Origin: Lophium mytilinum
Lineage: Eukaryota
NCBI GenBank assembly: GCA_010093605.1
Contig: MU004184.1
Span: 1,560,801-1,624,800 of the forward strand
Length of the DNA: 64,000 nt
Direction of reading: 5' to 3'
The stretch's first letter is position 1. The number at the start of each line of letters is the position of its first letter. A program made the translations under genes and the position numbers. Of the stretch, positions 13,207 through 25,780 are shown one piece after another. The notes beneath the pieces were generated by a model that did no database searches, was not told where the DNA came from, and saw nothing but the letters and a program-made list of their open reading frames with translations.

Positions 13207-15203
13207 ACACGGCATCAGAATCACCAAAATCCTTCATTATGACCTTATTTGGGGGCGCACGAGTATGATCAAATTACCGACGGGTGCGAAGATTGGATGT
13301 CACTGGGTGCCACTGGATTGGAAAAGAGGAACTTGTTGGCTGGAAACCATTTGGCTCGAAACATCGTCACGAAAGTACTCCGTATTCCACTTGTTGCGGA
13401 CTCGATTCTTCCTTTTCGTCGGTCTTTTCGGCGGCTTTCCCATCACAGCATCTCACGAAGCAACGAAATACCAACGAACAGCAAAAAGGACCGACTACTA
13501 GACAGAATTTTCTAAAGCACTACCGGAGACTAGGTGTATATCGCGTACACATGAAAGAGTCTCTTGTTTGATCGGCTCGACTTCTTCCAAATCACTACCG
13601 GAGGCTAAGTGTATACTACTTACACATGAGCGACTCTCTTGTTTGAACGGCTTGTGGATTACCTCGATTCTTTGGGTTTCCAACCGGCCCACCACCCTGC
13701 ACACACTCTTTTCTTTTGTTTCTTGTTTACTGTTTTGGTTCATGGTTCTTGATTCCTGGTTTTCCTTAAAACCTGCTCTTCTTGTCCGATTCCGAATAAT
13801 GAGCCAGGCATTGAGAAGCAAAGATACTGGAGGAATGGAAATCGACTTGTACTGTACATCACGATGGGAGGGGTTTGGATGACCTGTGGAGTATAGGTAT
13901 CGGCCCCATTACATTCTGCATTCTGCTCTTTTCTGTACCACCTCCTCGAAACCGAGGAGCTTAATTCTGCAGCCTTCAGTTGCGATAGACTTTACTTCAC
14001 AAAAAATGGACACTTTCTTTCACATGCATTCGAAGTAGTACTCACGCGACTCTTTCCCTCAAGTGGTCTATCATAAAGACAAACCCAGATACCCGCCCCC
14101 CACCCCACTCCCCTAGAAACCACTTCCGTCCCTCTGACTCACAGCCCTCCCACAAACCTCCCCTCCCAGATCCTCGTACGCTCCTCGCACAAAGATCCGT
14201 CCACCCACACCACCCACACCCCCCCGTCAGCCACCACCCAAGCCCCCGGGTCCCCGTGCCACCACACCCGCCCCTCGGTGTCTTGGAGCCGTCTCACAGC
14301 ATGACCAAGCAAAGAAGGCGCGTATCTCGGGCTTGTGTGAGCTGGCGGCCGGGGGCAGGGCCCGTGGAAGTGGGTGGGTGGGTGGTACGGGGTTTGCAGG
14401 GGGAGGGTTAGAGTAAGTCACGAGCCCGTGCGACGGGGTGTTTGGGAGTGAGATCTGGGAGATTAGGTCGGGCGCTAGAGATGGGACGGTGGGGTCTCAG
14501 ACGGATGCGATTGTTGGGTGCGACCGATGGGTAGGATGGACGGGTTGCTGGGGGTGGATCAGGGGTTATGCTAGATAGCTACCTAAGCATTGAGACGATT
14601 GCTGTGGATGAGTCAAAGTGCTTTGGGTTGTCTGATATAGATAGGAGAGATTTGAGGTGAGGGCGAGGAAGGTGCGTGAGGGATTTTGTGGGTCACGTGC
14701 TAGATTCTTTTTGCATTGTAGTATCATGGAGGATTACTCAAGACTATCACAAGAGCGGCTAAGACAGGATGGAAAGATGAAGCAGTTGGTTTCACGATCG
14801 CGATAGTACTCACAGTACGAGAATTAACCTCAGTCACACAATACACAAACAGTGACCGCTGACCTCAGCCTGGAGGCCCCTTCACCTATTCTTGGCTAGG
14901 TATACGAAATTAGAAAATTATCTAAAGAGCTTACTTTTAGTGAGATTCCACAGCATATGGAGCTCGGAGACTTTTTGTGGACGCACGGAACGCTGTGAAC
15001 GGCTTCGGAGACTTCTGGCACGATCTACATGCAGCTAAGGCTGTGGTCGACGAGTTCGGACCAATCTGATTCGTTGAAGGGCTTACAGTGAGCCTACGTC
15101 ACGCCTCACTTTGCCTAGGGTGTAACGGCATACATAAATTGAGACTGTAGAGTGACTATCCAGTTCTTAGTATCTTTCCAAATCCTCACCTACAACCTCC
15201 ACC

Positions 15204-15726
15204 ATGGCCTCTCCGACTGCAACAAGCACAGGACCAGTAGATTCGCCACGAGAGAAAAAGACAGATTCTCCGAGCTCTGCAAAATACTCTGCAAGTTGCC
15301 ACTGCGGCGCCGTCTGCTTTACTGTTACTCTCACACCACCGCTCGCACAGCAGCAACCCGTCACTTGCACCTGCACAATCTGCAGCCGTAACGGTTATCT
15401 CCTTGTCTACCCGCTGCGCAGCGATCTCGTCATTACACAAGGCGCCGATGACTTGAAGTCGTATTCCTTTGGCCGTAAACGGAATCTGCACCAGTTTTGT
15501 GGCCGGTGTGGGAGCAGTGTGTTCTTCGATCCAAGAATGGCCGAGCATGGCGAGGGCCCAGATCGAATGGGCGTGAATGTGGGTATTGAGGTTACTGTTC
15601 CCAGAAGAAATCGAAGCTAACTGGACTAAATAGGTGAGAATGTTCAAAGACATCAAGCTAGATGAGCTCAATCTCAGGCATTTCGACGGGTTGAATCTGT
15701 TCCCGTTTATAGACTCTTCAGACTAG
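15204..15726 (+). CDS. GFA/CENP-V (Mss4-like) zinc-binding protein
   Basis: SCHCGAV, CTCTICSRNGYL, HQFCGRCGSSVF motifs. Intron 15579-15633 gives GVN|VRMFKDI...FDG. Confidence 0.88.
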
Positions 15727-16286
15727 GTTCATGTTTGCCTGGGCCCTGGAGAATCAGAGCATAATGAGTTGAGATGTGGACTCCTGTGTGTTGTCAGCTT
15801 CGACATCATAACAGATGTTAAGGTTGAATGATATGTGTGTGAATGCGTCATGAAAAAATTAGAGTGTTGTTGCGGTTTTGATCCTCAACGAGACTTTGAA
15901 GCCCTCAGGGTTAAAAATGTATAATCCTTCGCAATTTTTAGGACGTAATCAAAGAAGTCGACTCACCTCCTCAATCTGCTTGAAATGTCGAAGGTTTGTA
16001 TGCCTCTGCTTCAATTGGTATTGAAGTAGTGATTCGCTCGAGGCGTTTATCAGCAGAAAGGTTCTGAGGTGACCTTCAAACATTGAAGCTCTCCCGCTGA
16101 CAGTGCTTGGAGTTGGGGTTGTGACAGTTTCCATCCTACTGGGCTGGAGCTTGATACGCAGAGCAAACGAGCCGGAACGGAGGCTTACGGGATAGTTGCG
16201 ACGTGATCCTCGACCTTCACGGAAATTTGATAATTCCGTGGCTTGTTTCTCTCGTGTTGAGTCTGCCTAAAGGCGCAAGGATCTTT

Positions 16287-17380
16287 TTATCCACGAACAG
16301 CCGAGGCGGGAAACGCAGCCTTCGCCCTAACGCAAACTTGGCCAGCCATATTCTCAATCGTGCCGCTAACCTCGACGACTGGCCCAGTTCCGGAGGATAC
16401 TGGACTCTTGGTGACATTTTTCGACCAAGGAAACCAGGATTTGCCAGAGTCGGGTGTCGACTGTGGGAGAAGAGTTTGCTCGTCCAATCGTGAAGATATC
16501 GACGCACGTAAGACGTAAAAGTTGTTCGCCTGAGTAGGACGGGCATATGACAGGCTAAGGGAGGACGGAGACGGAACGGAATCTGTGAACAATAAAATTA
16601 GCTCAGCTCTGAAGCATGCAATTTGAGACGCATACCTAATATCGTGTCCGGTCCTGCTACCACTCTGGAAAGCCCGTCTTGAAGCACAGTAGCAATCGCA
16701 CCACCATGCGCAAGTCCGGGCCAACCGCTCAGCCTGCCTCCGAAGAAAACGACAGCAATGAGTTCCCTGGTCAATGGGTTCCAGAATGCCCGTTGGATAC
16801 CTAGACCCCCCGACCCTGCCATTGTCTTCTGGGTCAATGTTCTCGTGATTTCCGGTTTCAGAATTTGGTCATTGCTAATATTTTGAGACGCATCCTCAAG
16901 CTTCGTGCCCGATGGGTCTGAGAGGATAGCTGGAAAATCCAGCTCCCTCCATCCGCTTTTCCCTTTGCTTGACTCATCCAATGCTGTATCAGAATGTAGA
17001 TGATATCCCTCGGCTCTGAGAGCTTTTACAATATCCAGTGAATCGATGTCTCGACGCAGCACCTCAAGCCTGAAACGGTCTTCTCTCGACTCTGGGTCGG
17101 GAAACGGGGGCGGCGCAACGAATGATCGGGCAACGTGACCGGCGGCTAGTCCGATAAAAATAAATGTTGTACCCCATATGTATATGAATAGTGATCGGGG
17201 TTTCTTTGGGGGAGGTGGTGGTGGAGGAGCTTCGAAGCTTGGTCGTAGATCGTTTACATTCGGGGTGGCAGAGCCGGAATTGAGGCGCCATTGATGTGTC
17301 CCATTGCGCCTTAGGGTCGAAGGAAGGCGTAGATAAGGTAAGAGAGGCGTGGGACGCAATATGGGACGCAGCGGATGCAT
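16287..17380 (-). CDS. HotDog-fold thioesterase family protein, probably mitochondrial (Fmp10-like)
   Basis: FFGGRLSGWPGLAHGGAIATVLQD motif; Arg-rich N-terminus plus one TM segment. Intron 16635-16583. Confidence 0.78.
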
Positions 17381-17637
17381 TTTTGGTAGATGGAGAGAAG
17401 TCTGGGCGTCCTCCGAGGTCAACTCAGAGATGGCGCTAGAATTGAGCACGCTAACCGAATTGTGATCAACCATTCATCCTCTGACTTTATCAGAATATCA
17501 GCTCGGAACACTATGTCTTCCGAATCAAGGGAGCATATATAAATATATCATTTCGATAAGACGAACGTTTGGTGTGTATCCTGAATCATGCAATCACACT
17601 CCTACCATCAAGAAACATCAAATCTACTACAGCCAAT

Positions 17638-18642
17638 CTAAGATCTCAGTCTCCTTGCCTTCATGTATTCATAGTCGGGCATAGCAGTCCTTACCAACCC
17701 CTCTATCCTCTCGCCCTCTTCTATCCCGAACTCTACTTTCCACTTAACCGCCTCTTCATTAATGTTCAGCCCAGCCGCCGTCTTACCTGGCACAATCCTT
17801 GTCGAAGCGTCGAGAGTCGATGTCATCCTTCTTGCTATATCGCCCATCTTACTCAATTCATCTTCACTCGCAGAAGCCCACGCGAACTTCAACTTAGCGG
17901 GATCCAATCGAACCATCTTGCTAAATTTACGAACCAGATCCGGATGCTCGATGACATCGTCTGCATCTAAGATAACTGGCCACGTAGAATCATTGTTGGA
18001 GCCAGATTTCTCGGACTGCTGCGCGTACCAGTCGTATAATGTGCGCGACCAGTGCACGCTCATCTCGACGTGATTCACAGCGTGCTGACTCCTAGCAGCC
18101 TCCGCGCCCTCATTATCCACGCTCGTGCGGTAACACGAGGGAAACGCTAGAGCTGGATGTCGAATCAAGAAAGTAGGGCACCAAGTCTTCAAGAAGTCAT
18201 CAGGGAGAATGCTCTCGTTGAATGGCGAATGCTCCTGCGCCGACGAAGTCGTCACCGTCCATAGCGGCTCATCCGTACTATCCTGCCCGGAAAGGTACTT
18301 TGCCTCCGAAATAGGCTCAATAAACCAGGGGAGATGCTCCTTCACGAAGACGTCCTGGCCCAGGGCTTCTGCAGAATCTACATGTTTCTGGAGAGCGTCG
18401 AAGCCTTTCTGATAGCTTTCCGTCAGGCTGATCCGTTCGTCTTGCGTCCAGTCCTCCGGGCGTCGGCCAGTGGTTTTGAGCGTGTGCATTCTCGAAGCCA
18501 TGGCCTCGCCGAAGAAATAGCTTTTCTTTTCACCAGTGAAGATATTTGCTTGGTCTTCTAGCGCCAGGATCCGGACGAGCAGATTGGACGCCGTACGCGG
18601 ATACGTCAGCAGGTAGAACCTGCGAGGTGGGTCTGCACTCAT
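17638..18642 (-). CDS. Sulfotransferase-like P-loop protein
   Basis: Intronless 334 aa; YPRTASNLL (5'-PSB-like), FVKEH, FLIRHPALAFPS (3'-PB-like), VILDADD. Confidence 0.8.
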   Translation of the reverse strand: MSADPPRRFYLLTYPRTASNLLVRILALEDQANIFTGEKKSYFFGEAMASRMHTLKTTGRRPEDWTQDERISLTESYQKGFDALQKHVDSAEALGQDVFVKEHLPWFIEPISEAKYLSGQDSTDEPLWTVTTSSAQEHSPFNESILPDDFLKTWCPTFLIRHPALAFPSCYRTSVDNEGAEAARSQHAVNHVEMSVHWSRTLYDWYAQQSEKSGSNNDSTWPVILDADDVIEHPDLVRKFSKMVRLDPAKLKFAWASASEDELSKMGDIARRMTSTLDASTRIVPGKTAAGLNINEEAVKWKVEFGIEEGERIEGLVRTAMPDYEYMKARRLRS

Positions 18643-18940
18643 GATCTCCGTTCGCTGGCTCAGAATGATAAAATCAAGTTTTATACAGTTCGTTGGCGAG
18701 CGCTTCGCATCTGTTTGAAGATCTCGAGGGACTGTTGGGGCGTTTGGAAATACGAGGGGCCTTCCTTTATTGCGTAAGAACTAGCATGATCGGGTCAGCA
18801 AATCTCACGTGACTTCTAGGGTTTCAATAACGCATATCAAAACATCTCCCTTCAGAATGCTAATCTTATCTATTGGTTCTGTACGTGACATATTCCTACA
18901 AGTGGGAGTGTCAAAGAGGTACCAATCACTTCAATTTGAT

Positions 18941-21033
18941 CTAGGCATCCAGCTCCAATCTTTCAAGCAACGTATCTATTTTCCCCAGAAGGATTTGGTA
19001 GTTTATAGCATCCTGGGCAAACTCGTCACCAGCAAGCTCACCGTCCAGCGTCCGCACTGCGCCGGCCCGCAACTGTGACTCAATGTCTGGAGCGTACATA
19101 TCCTGGTCGGTAGTTTGCTTCCGCGGTGAGTTGGAGGACATATCCACGCCTTCATCTTCTGGCAGTGGTTCTAGTAGCTCCGCGGGGTCATCGCGAATAG
19201 TTTCCTCTTCCATCATCTCTTCTAAGCCTGAGTCTTCGAAACGAAGACGGAAGCGATCGGATAGGTAGTAGCGGATACTAAATGCTTATTAGCCTAATCT
19301 CGCGTAAATAAAGAGAGCTGCATTGACGTACTCATCTATCAACTCAACGGTATCCGTCTCTTGTCTCGCTTTGATTCTGTTCGCACTTTCTCTTACTAGC
19401 TCTGCAAAATCTTCCTCGTCGATGTACCGCTCTAGCCTGTAGGCAATGTACCGCGCACCAAATTCCTCTAACCGATGCACTCGAGTGTCCCATCCTGCTC
19501 GCACGACTTCATACACATCCAGCACATCCTCAGCATCGGTCGCGCCGCGCGGATTCTCGCTTTCGACTGCGCTGGTGGACCCGTTTCCTAATGTCGATAT
19601 GATCATGGCGGCCCTTTGCTTGAGCTTCTCGATGAACAGCAGATCAGCTATGAAAAGCACGTCGATGGCTACATCTAGCCCGAAGTCTGCACGTTCTGTG
19701 TACAAAAACGTCAGAACTACTTCCAGGACTTCAGGGGCGCAGTCGAGTTTAACGATATGGAGATGCGGTGTTTCTTGAGCTTCGCGGAAGGATGAGCTGA
19801 ACATAGTAAGAAAGTACTCGGATCGGAGCAGCATCGCTCGGTGGACTGGATATAGAGTGGATTTCTTAGGCCTACGATGGCGAGAGGGAGAACGCGATTT
19901 CGCTAAAGGGCCGATTGGGATGCCATTTAATGGACCGGAGGTGTTGCGAATAAGGGGATCATGAGGTTGAGCTTCGACTTGTATTTCTTCTTCTGGCTCC
20001 TCGTCGGCGCGTAGAAGCACGTCGGCAAAAATTGCGTTGTTCCTGTCCCAGTGTACGTCCTGCGCCTTTTCGGTGTCAACCACGATCTTGTGTTTCATCA
20101 CATTGTTTTTGAACCACTCATTCAGCTGATCCCGTCCTCGATTGACTTCGTCTGTTCGCCGTTGACGAGTCAACCGTCTGTCCCCCGATTCTAATATGCT
20201 CTCGAACATGCGTTCAATCTCTAGCTGCCGGCTGATTTTATCAATGCCAGTGAGTATGCTTTGCTCTTCTTCTCCATCTCCTAAATCCGCGGAGACTTCT
20301 GAGAAGTACAGATATCGCAATGCGACATGTAAAGATTCCGTAGGTATACTACTCGAAAGTTTCCATGATGTGGTATCCGGCGCTGTTGCAAGTTTCTTCG
20401 CAAAGTAGGGCGATCTGGCAGAAAGCACGAACTTGTGCAGCGGGAAAGACTCCGTCGGCGTGACGAGTGTGATATCGGTGGTTTTGGGATGATTTCGTGT
20501 CAGGAGAGAGGTTATGTGGGCAGCTAATGGTTGTAAAGGGTCTGTCGACTTTGCGTAGTCGTATGAGAGGAGGAGGTTACGTATTCGGTCGTTTAGCGCA
20601 TTGTACAGGCAACGCTCGCCCTGGAACGTGTCTCGCTCGCAGAGTGCACCGGATTCAAGCAATAGCTGGACAACTTCAAAATGCCCGCAAAGACTAGCCT
20701 TGTGCAAATATAGATTAGCAGCGTACAGCTGTTTTGGGTTGCAAGAACGAGGAAACAGTGCTTGGTAACACCATCGCAGGATGCATAGACTAAATTGGGT
20801 AGATACAAGCTTACCAAAATCAGAGGCGTATAATCAAACCTATCTCTGGCATTGATATTGACGCCTTCCATTATAAGTTCCTGGCAAATTTTCAGGTCGC
20901 CCCTCCTGCACGCTTCACAAAATACTCGAAAGTCGTCGGAGAGGTCGAGAGGATTATCTTCCTTCAATCTGCCTGCAGAAATAGCCTGCGACTCGGCGTG
21001 GAGCGCCGCCTCGATCTCATGCTTGCTGACCAT
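18941..21033 (-). CDS. Ankyrin-repeat and BTB/POZ domain protein (Btb3/ABTB1-like)
   Basis: ACRRGDL...NARDRFDYTPLIL|ASLCGH ankyrin repeats and two BTB domains (LHKFVLSARSPYF; VHRAMLLRSEYF). Introns 20814-20699 and 19331-19278. Confidence 0.9.
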
Positions 21034-21352
21034 TTCGCCCAAAAGAACAATTAGAAAGAAAGTGAATGAAGAAACTGTAAGCTGCAATGATGTCGTCAAA
21101 AGGTGGCGGGCGGCGGGCGGCGGGCGGAGACAGGATCGCCGGGCGGGATCTAGTCAGGTCACGTGCGTCATCTGGGCGGCAGGTGCAGTCGGTCGCGGTT
21201 GCCCTAAGCAACGGGGTCTACAAACACAACCCGCGTTTCGCATAACCTAGCTTCAGGGAAGCTTTACCTTTCCTTTTACCACACAACCCCATGCTCTAGC
21301 AACTCAATTCCTCTACACACCACCACTTACACTGACCATTCTAGCGCTCAGC

Positions 21353-23745
21353 ATGACTGAGGACGACAAGTACGACGTGCTAGAAAAGATTGGTATGTAT
21401 ATACACGCTCTCCACTCCGCTTGATCGCATCAATTGTATGCTAACATCTCCCAGGCCATGGGTCCTTCGGGATCATTCGCAAAGTGCGGAGGAAGGCCGA
21501 TGGCTATGTATGCAAACCCAGACTAAAACATCCAATTACCTCTTCACCTGCTGACACGATATAGATCCTATGTCGCAAGGAGATAAGCTACTGCAAGATG
21601 TCCCCCAAGGAACGTGAACAGCTTCAAGCAGAGCTTTCCATTCTCAAAGAGCTTAGACATACGAACATCGTCGCATACTACGAGCGCGAACATCTTAAGC
21701 AATCGCAGGACCTTCATCTTTACATGGAATATTGTGGGAATGGTGACCTTGGGAAGGTCATTAGGAGACTGAACGAAACACGCCAGATGGCTGAAGAAGA
21801 GTTTGTCTGGAGTATCCTAGCCCAGACTCTCAGCGCGTTGTTCCGGTGCCACTATGGAGAGGACCCACCAGAGCCCGGTCGCAAGTGGATGGGCGTTGGG
21901 AATCTTGCGGTCCCAAAGTCGGGCAAGCCATCCGTACTACATCGGGACCTAAAACCGGAGAACAGTAGGCAGCACCCATACCGCCTGGCTTTGTCTTCTT
22001 GCTAATTGTCTTCAGTTTTCCTTGGGGCCGACAACTCTGTCAAGCTGGGCGACTTTGGTCTTTCAAAAATCATTTCCGCCAATGACTTTGCGTCAACATA
22101 CGTCGGCACCCCCTTCTACATGTCTCCGGAGATATGCCAGAATGAGAAGTACAGCCTCAAGTCCGATATATGGGCGTTGGGTTGCATTGTCTACGAGCTA
22201 TGCGCGAAGGCGCCGCCCTTTAATGCGCGCACCCACCTCGAACTCATCCAGAAGATCAGGGCAGGACGGGTCACTCCATTACCATCCTGCTACTCGCCCG
22301 ACCTTCAGCAGGTTGTCAGCAGCTGTTTGCAAATCAACCCGGATAAGCGTCCCCATACCGCACATCTCCTCAATCTTCCCGCCGTGAGGTTGATGCGCAA
22401 AGAGGCAGAAGTGGTACGAACAGGCCAGCAATACCAGAGAGACAAAGCAGAGGTAGCACGTCAGAGGAAGGAGGCACAAGATATGATTGTAAAGAGGGGT
22501 GCAGAAAACGATGCAATCCGGAAAGAACTCAGCGATTCTGTCCGTCGAGAAGTCAGCGATTCCGTCCGCCGAGAATGGGAGGTGAAGGCCAGGCTCGAAA
22601 TTGACCGACAGGTCGCAGAAGAGCTAGAGAAACTTCAACAAAGGTTCGAGGCAGAAGTGAGCAGGCGTGTGTCCGCAGAGCTTGCGAAGCAGATCCCTGG
22701 AAAGGCACTGGTCGTCCCCGATCTACCCCTACCGCCACGATCCTCTACTCCAACACAGCTGACAGCCAAACCACCTATGTTCCAACCGGAACAGGACCGA
22801 TCGGGCACATCGTTCAGCACCTTGGGCGAGGCTTCCGACTTCCCTAGCATGACTGATCTGTCGTCACTATCATTGGACTCACCAGATGAATCCAAGCCCA
22901 AGAAGCGTCCAACACGTGCCCCACTCGCGCGGGCCAGGACGAGCATCGCCCCTGTGCCCCCGTCGCCAATGGACATCCAGATGGCAGACCCCAGCCCTAT
23001 GTCGATTGCATCACTGTCGCTGTCACCACGTAAGACGGGTCATACGAACGTTCGCAAAAACATCTTTGCAGCGGTTACAGCTGGAGAGAGGTGGGAACCA
23101 GAAGTACCATCGTCGCCCACAGATGAATGGAACGGAAACTTCGATGGGCTGGAGGACGACGATTTCCCAGTGCTCCCCTCGCCAACACGGGCAAAGAGCG
23201 CCGCTAGCAGCCATGACAGCGAAGACCCTTTCAAGGTCCTTGCCAACGCTCAGCGTCCACTCCTTAAGTCGAACCAGCGTCTGGCTAGCGCTCCGAACCT
23301 GTTTGCGCCGAATGGGAACGGACCAAAGGTCAGGCCTCAGAGTGCCGTGCCAATCGTGTCAACAAGCCCGGACAGGAAGAAGACCAAGGCCGCGACGGCA
23401 AATGGAAGCCCGGTCCGCAAGGGCCTAGTATCGAAGTTCAACCTGGCAAAGGACTCTAACACGAACACAAATTCAACCGAAAGTGGTGGACTGAAGTCCA
23501 AGAAGGGTAACGAGCAGATGCGTATCCAGGCGATGCGAAACAATGTACAAGGCCGAACACTCGTGGAGCTTCGACAAGCTAGGGGAATACTACCCCAGGC
23601 CCATGCCGTCAGCGAAGACGAAGGCAAGAAGGCTATCAAGCGGACCTTTGGATCGCCGACCAAGGTCGCGCAATGGGATCCTGATACTTGCGACGATATG
23701 CCGAGTCCATTCCTCCGGAGGAACAAGCCTATGTTGATGCGGTAG
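21353..23745 (+). CDS. nimA: G2-specific protein kinase NIMA (NEK family)
   Basis: MTEDDKYDVLEKIG|HGSFGIIRKV...|ILCRKEISY...HRDLKPEN|IFL...DFGLSK...FASTYVGTPFYMSPE; coiled coil RREWEVKARLEIDR; C-terminal WDP..DDMPSPF; three introns. Confidence 0.93.
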
Positions 23746-24305
23746 TCCATGGAGGTCTCCGTCTCTCTTAGGGACCGGCGGTTCGGCGTACGGTGTATAA
23801 ACAGCGGATGAGTGGCTGTGATGTTCATGATTTCAAGGCTTCATCCATGTTCCTTCTTGCTGCGACGATGAACATGTCTGGCAGAGATTACTGTGCTCCT
23901 AGAACTCTTTTCTTTTGTCCTGGATCGATAAGAGATTTTGGTTTTGAATTGCTTTTCACGCATTGAATGGCGGCAATCTTCGGTGGGACCGAGGGTACGA
24001 TTTGGCGTCTGAGGCATGGCCTTGATTATCACGGAGGTGTATTTTATCGGATATGGGAACCTCTTTGCCTCATAGAATAATATGAGATACCTTACTCTAC
24101 TCCTCTCTCACTAATATTGAACGTGGCATGGATTGTGTGGGTGGCGCTATGAGTTCTATGGCTCTAGTAAGGTTAATTCTTCACCTCCGCACCACGTGAT
24201 AATGATGCCAACTGATGATCACGGACGACCAATACCTAACACATGCTCACATAGTCAAACCCCACTGCTGCCCATAGGCCTGTGAACACAACCATTCTAA
24301 ACAGC

Positions 24306-25252
24306 TCATGGTGGAACCTCCTTGCCCTCCCAATCCCAACACTTCCCCCTTCCCGTTACCCCGACCCCTCTCACAACCTCCACCAGCCTCTCCGCAACCC
24401 AATCCACATCAAACAGCTTTTCCTTCTTCGTGCTCCCCCAAAATTCCTTGCTCAACCCCGTCTTGACCGTGCCAGGATGCAACCCCACCGCCACCGCCTT
24501 CTCCCCACTCGCCGTCCGCAGATGGTTATCAAACGTCTTCACCACCTGATTCAGGCCCGCCTTCGACGCTCGGTAGCTATACCACCCGCCTAACCGATTG
24601 TCGCTTATGCTCCCGACCCGCGCAGACATGAAGGCGGCGGTTGGGACCGCTGGGAGGCCTTTCAGCACGTCTACGTCTGAGCTGTCAAGGACTGTAGATT
24701 TGCGCGGGAGCAAGGGGGAGAAGTGCTTTAGCATAAGCATGGGCCCGAGTGTGTTGGTGCGGAAGGTGAGGAGGGCGTCGGCAGCGTCGATTTGAGCGGG
24801 GGACTTCTCGGGGAAGAGGAGGCCGGGGATTATAAAGGCGAGGTGGAGGTGGTGGGGTGGGGTTGCGGTAGGGGGGAATTGGGAGGTGCAGTGGGCGGCG
24901 GCGGCGGAGATTGTGGATTCGTCTACATGGGAGTGTTAGCATTGATCGAGTGCTATAGTTGAGGATTGGGTCGGTAATGGGGCTTGTGGTAGTTGTTTCG
25001 ACGACGCGGAGGGGACGCTGAGGGCTGTTTTGTGACAACTTTGAGAGACGACGTACCCAGCACGTCGACCTTCAGGACGGTCAACCGCCCTTCGTCTACG
25101 CCATCTAGACCGGCTAGGAGCTCCTCCTTGGTTTTGTCGAGGTCGGTCCGGGTGGTCGCGACGAGAGGTGCGTTGGATGTGCCGAGCAGATGCCGCGCAA
25201 GGGCAAAACCTATCCCGCGCGAGGCGGGCGAGACGAGAGACCAGGGACGCAT
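24306..25252 (-). CDS. Short-chain dehydrogenase/reductase, CsgA (C-factor)-like
   Basis: LVSPASRGIG, MSARVGSISDNRLGGWYSYRASKA (YxxxK), LHPGTVKT. Intron 25056-24923. Confidence 0.88.
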
Positions 25253-25780
25253 TGTGACCTTTCAGGCTCAAGAATGGCAGGGTGCATAGGTAGTGGCATT
25301 TTGGATAGTAGAGGTGGTCACATTGTTGAGTGTCGTGGAGCTGTCCAGGCTAGCTAGCTCGAGGTCTATGATGCGGGCATTCGCGCGGGAGATCAACCCC
25401 AGGGTCCATGAGCTAAAAGATCTGCATGGGAATTAATCCTACCCATGGGAGCATCTCACATTAGTCCATGCTTGGGACGTAGCCTTTCGAGATCATCGTA
25501 GCGCAATCAGATCAATCAAGGAATTTGTCTGGAGGTAACATTCTGACCTAGATGCTTCGTCTAGAAATTCCAACCTCCGTCCTTCAGATTGCCGAGTAGA
25601 AAGCCGAGGAAAAGGAAGCACCTGTCTCTCTTACCAATCTTGAGACTAGGATGACCCCTAAGGAGATGTCCCATGATTATTTCCAAGCATTAAGGGTATC
25701 CGTCGCTACAAAAGACAAAAGAAAAAAGGCTACAGCCATCCATCCAATGCCATAAGTCGTACAAATATTGCATGGAATTT

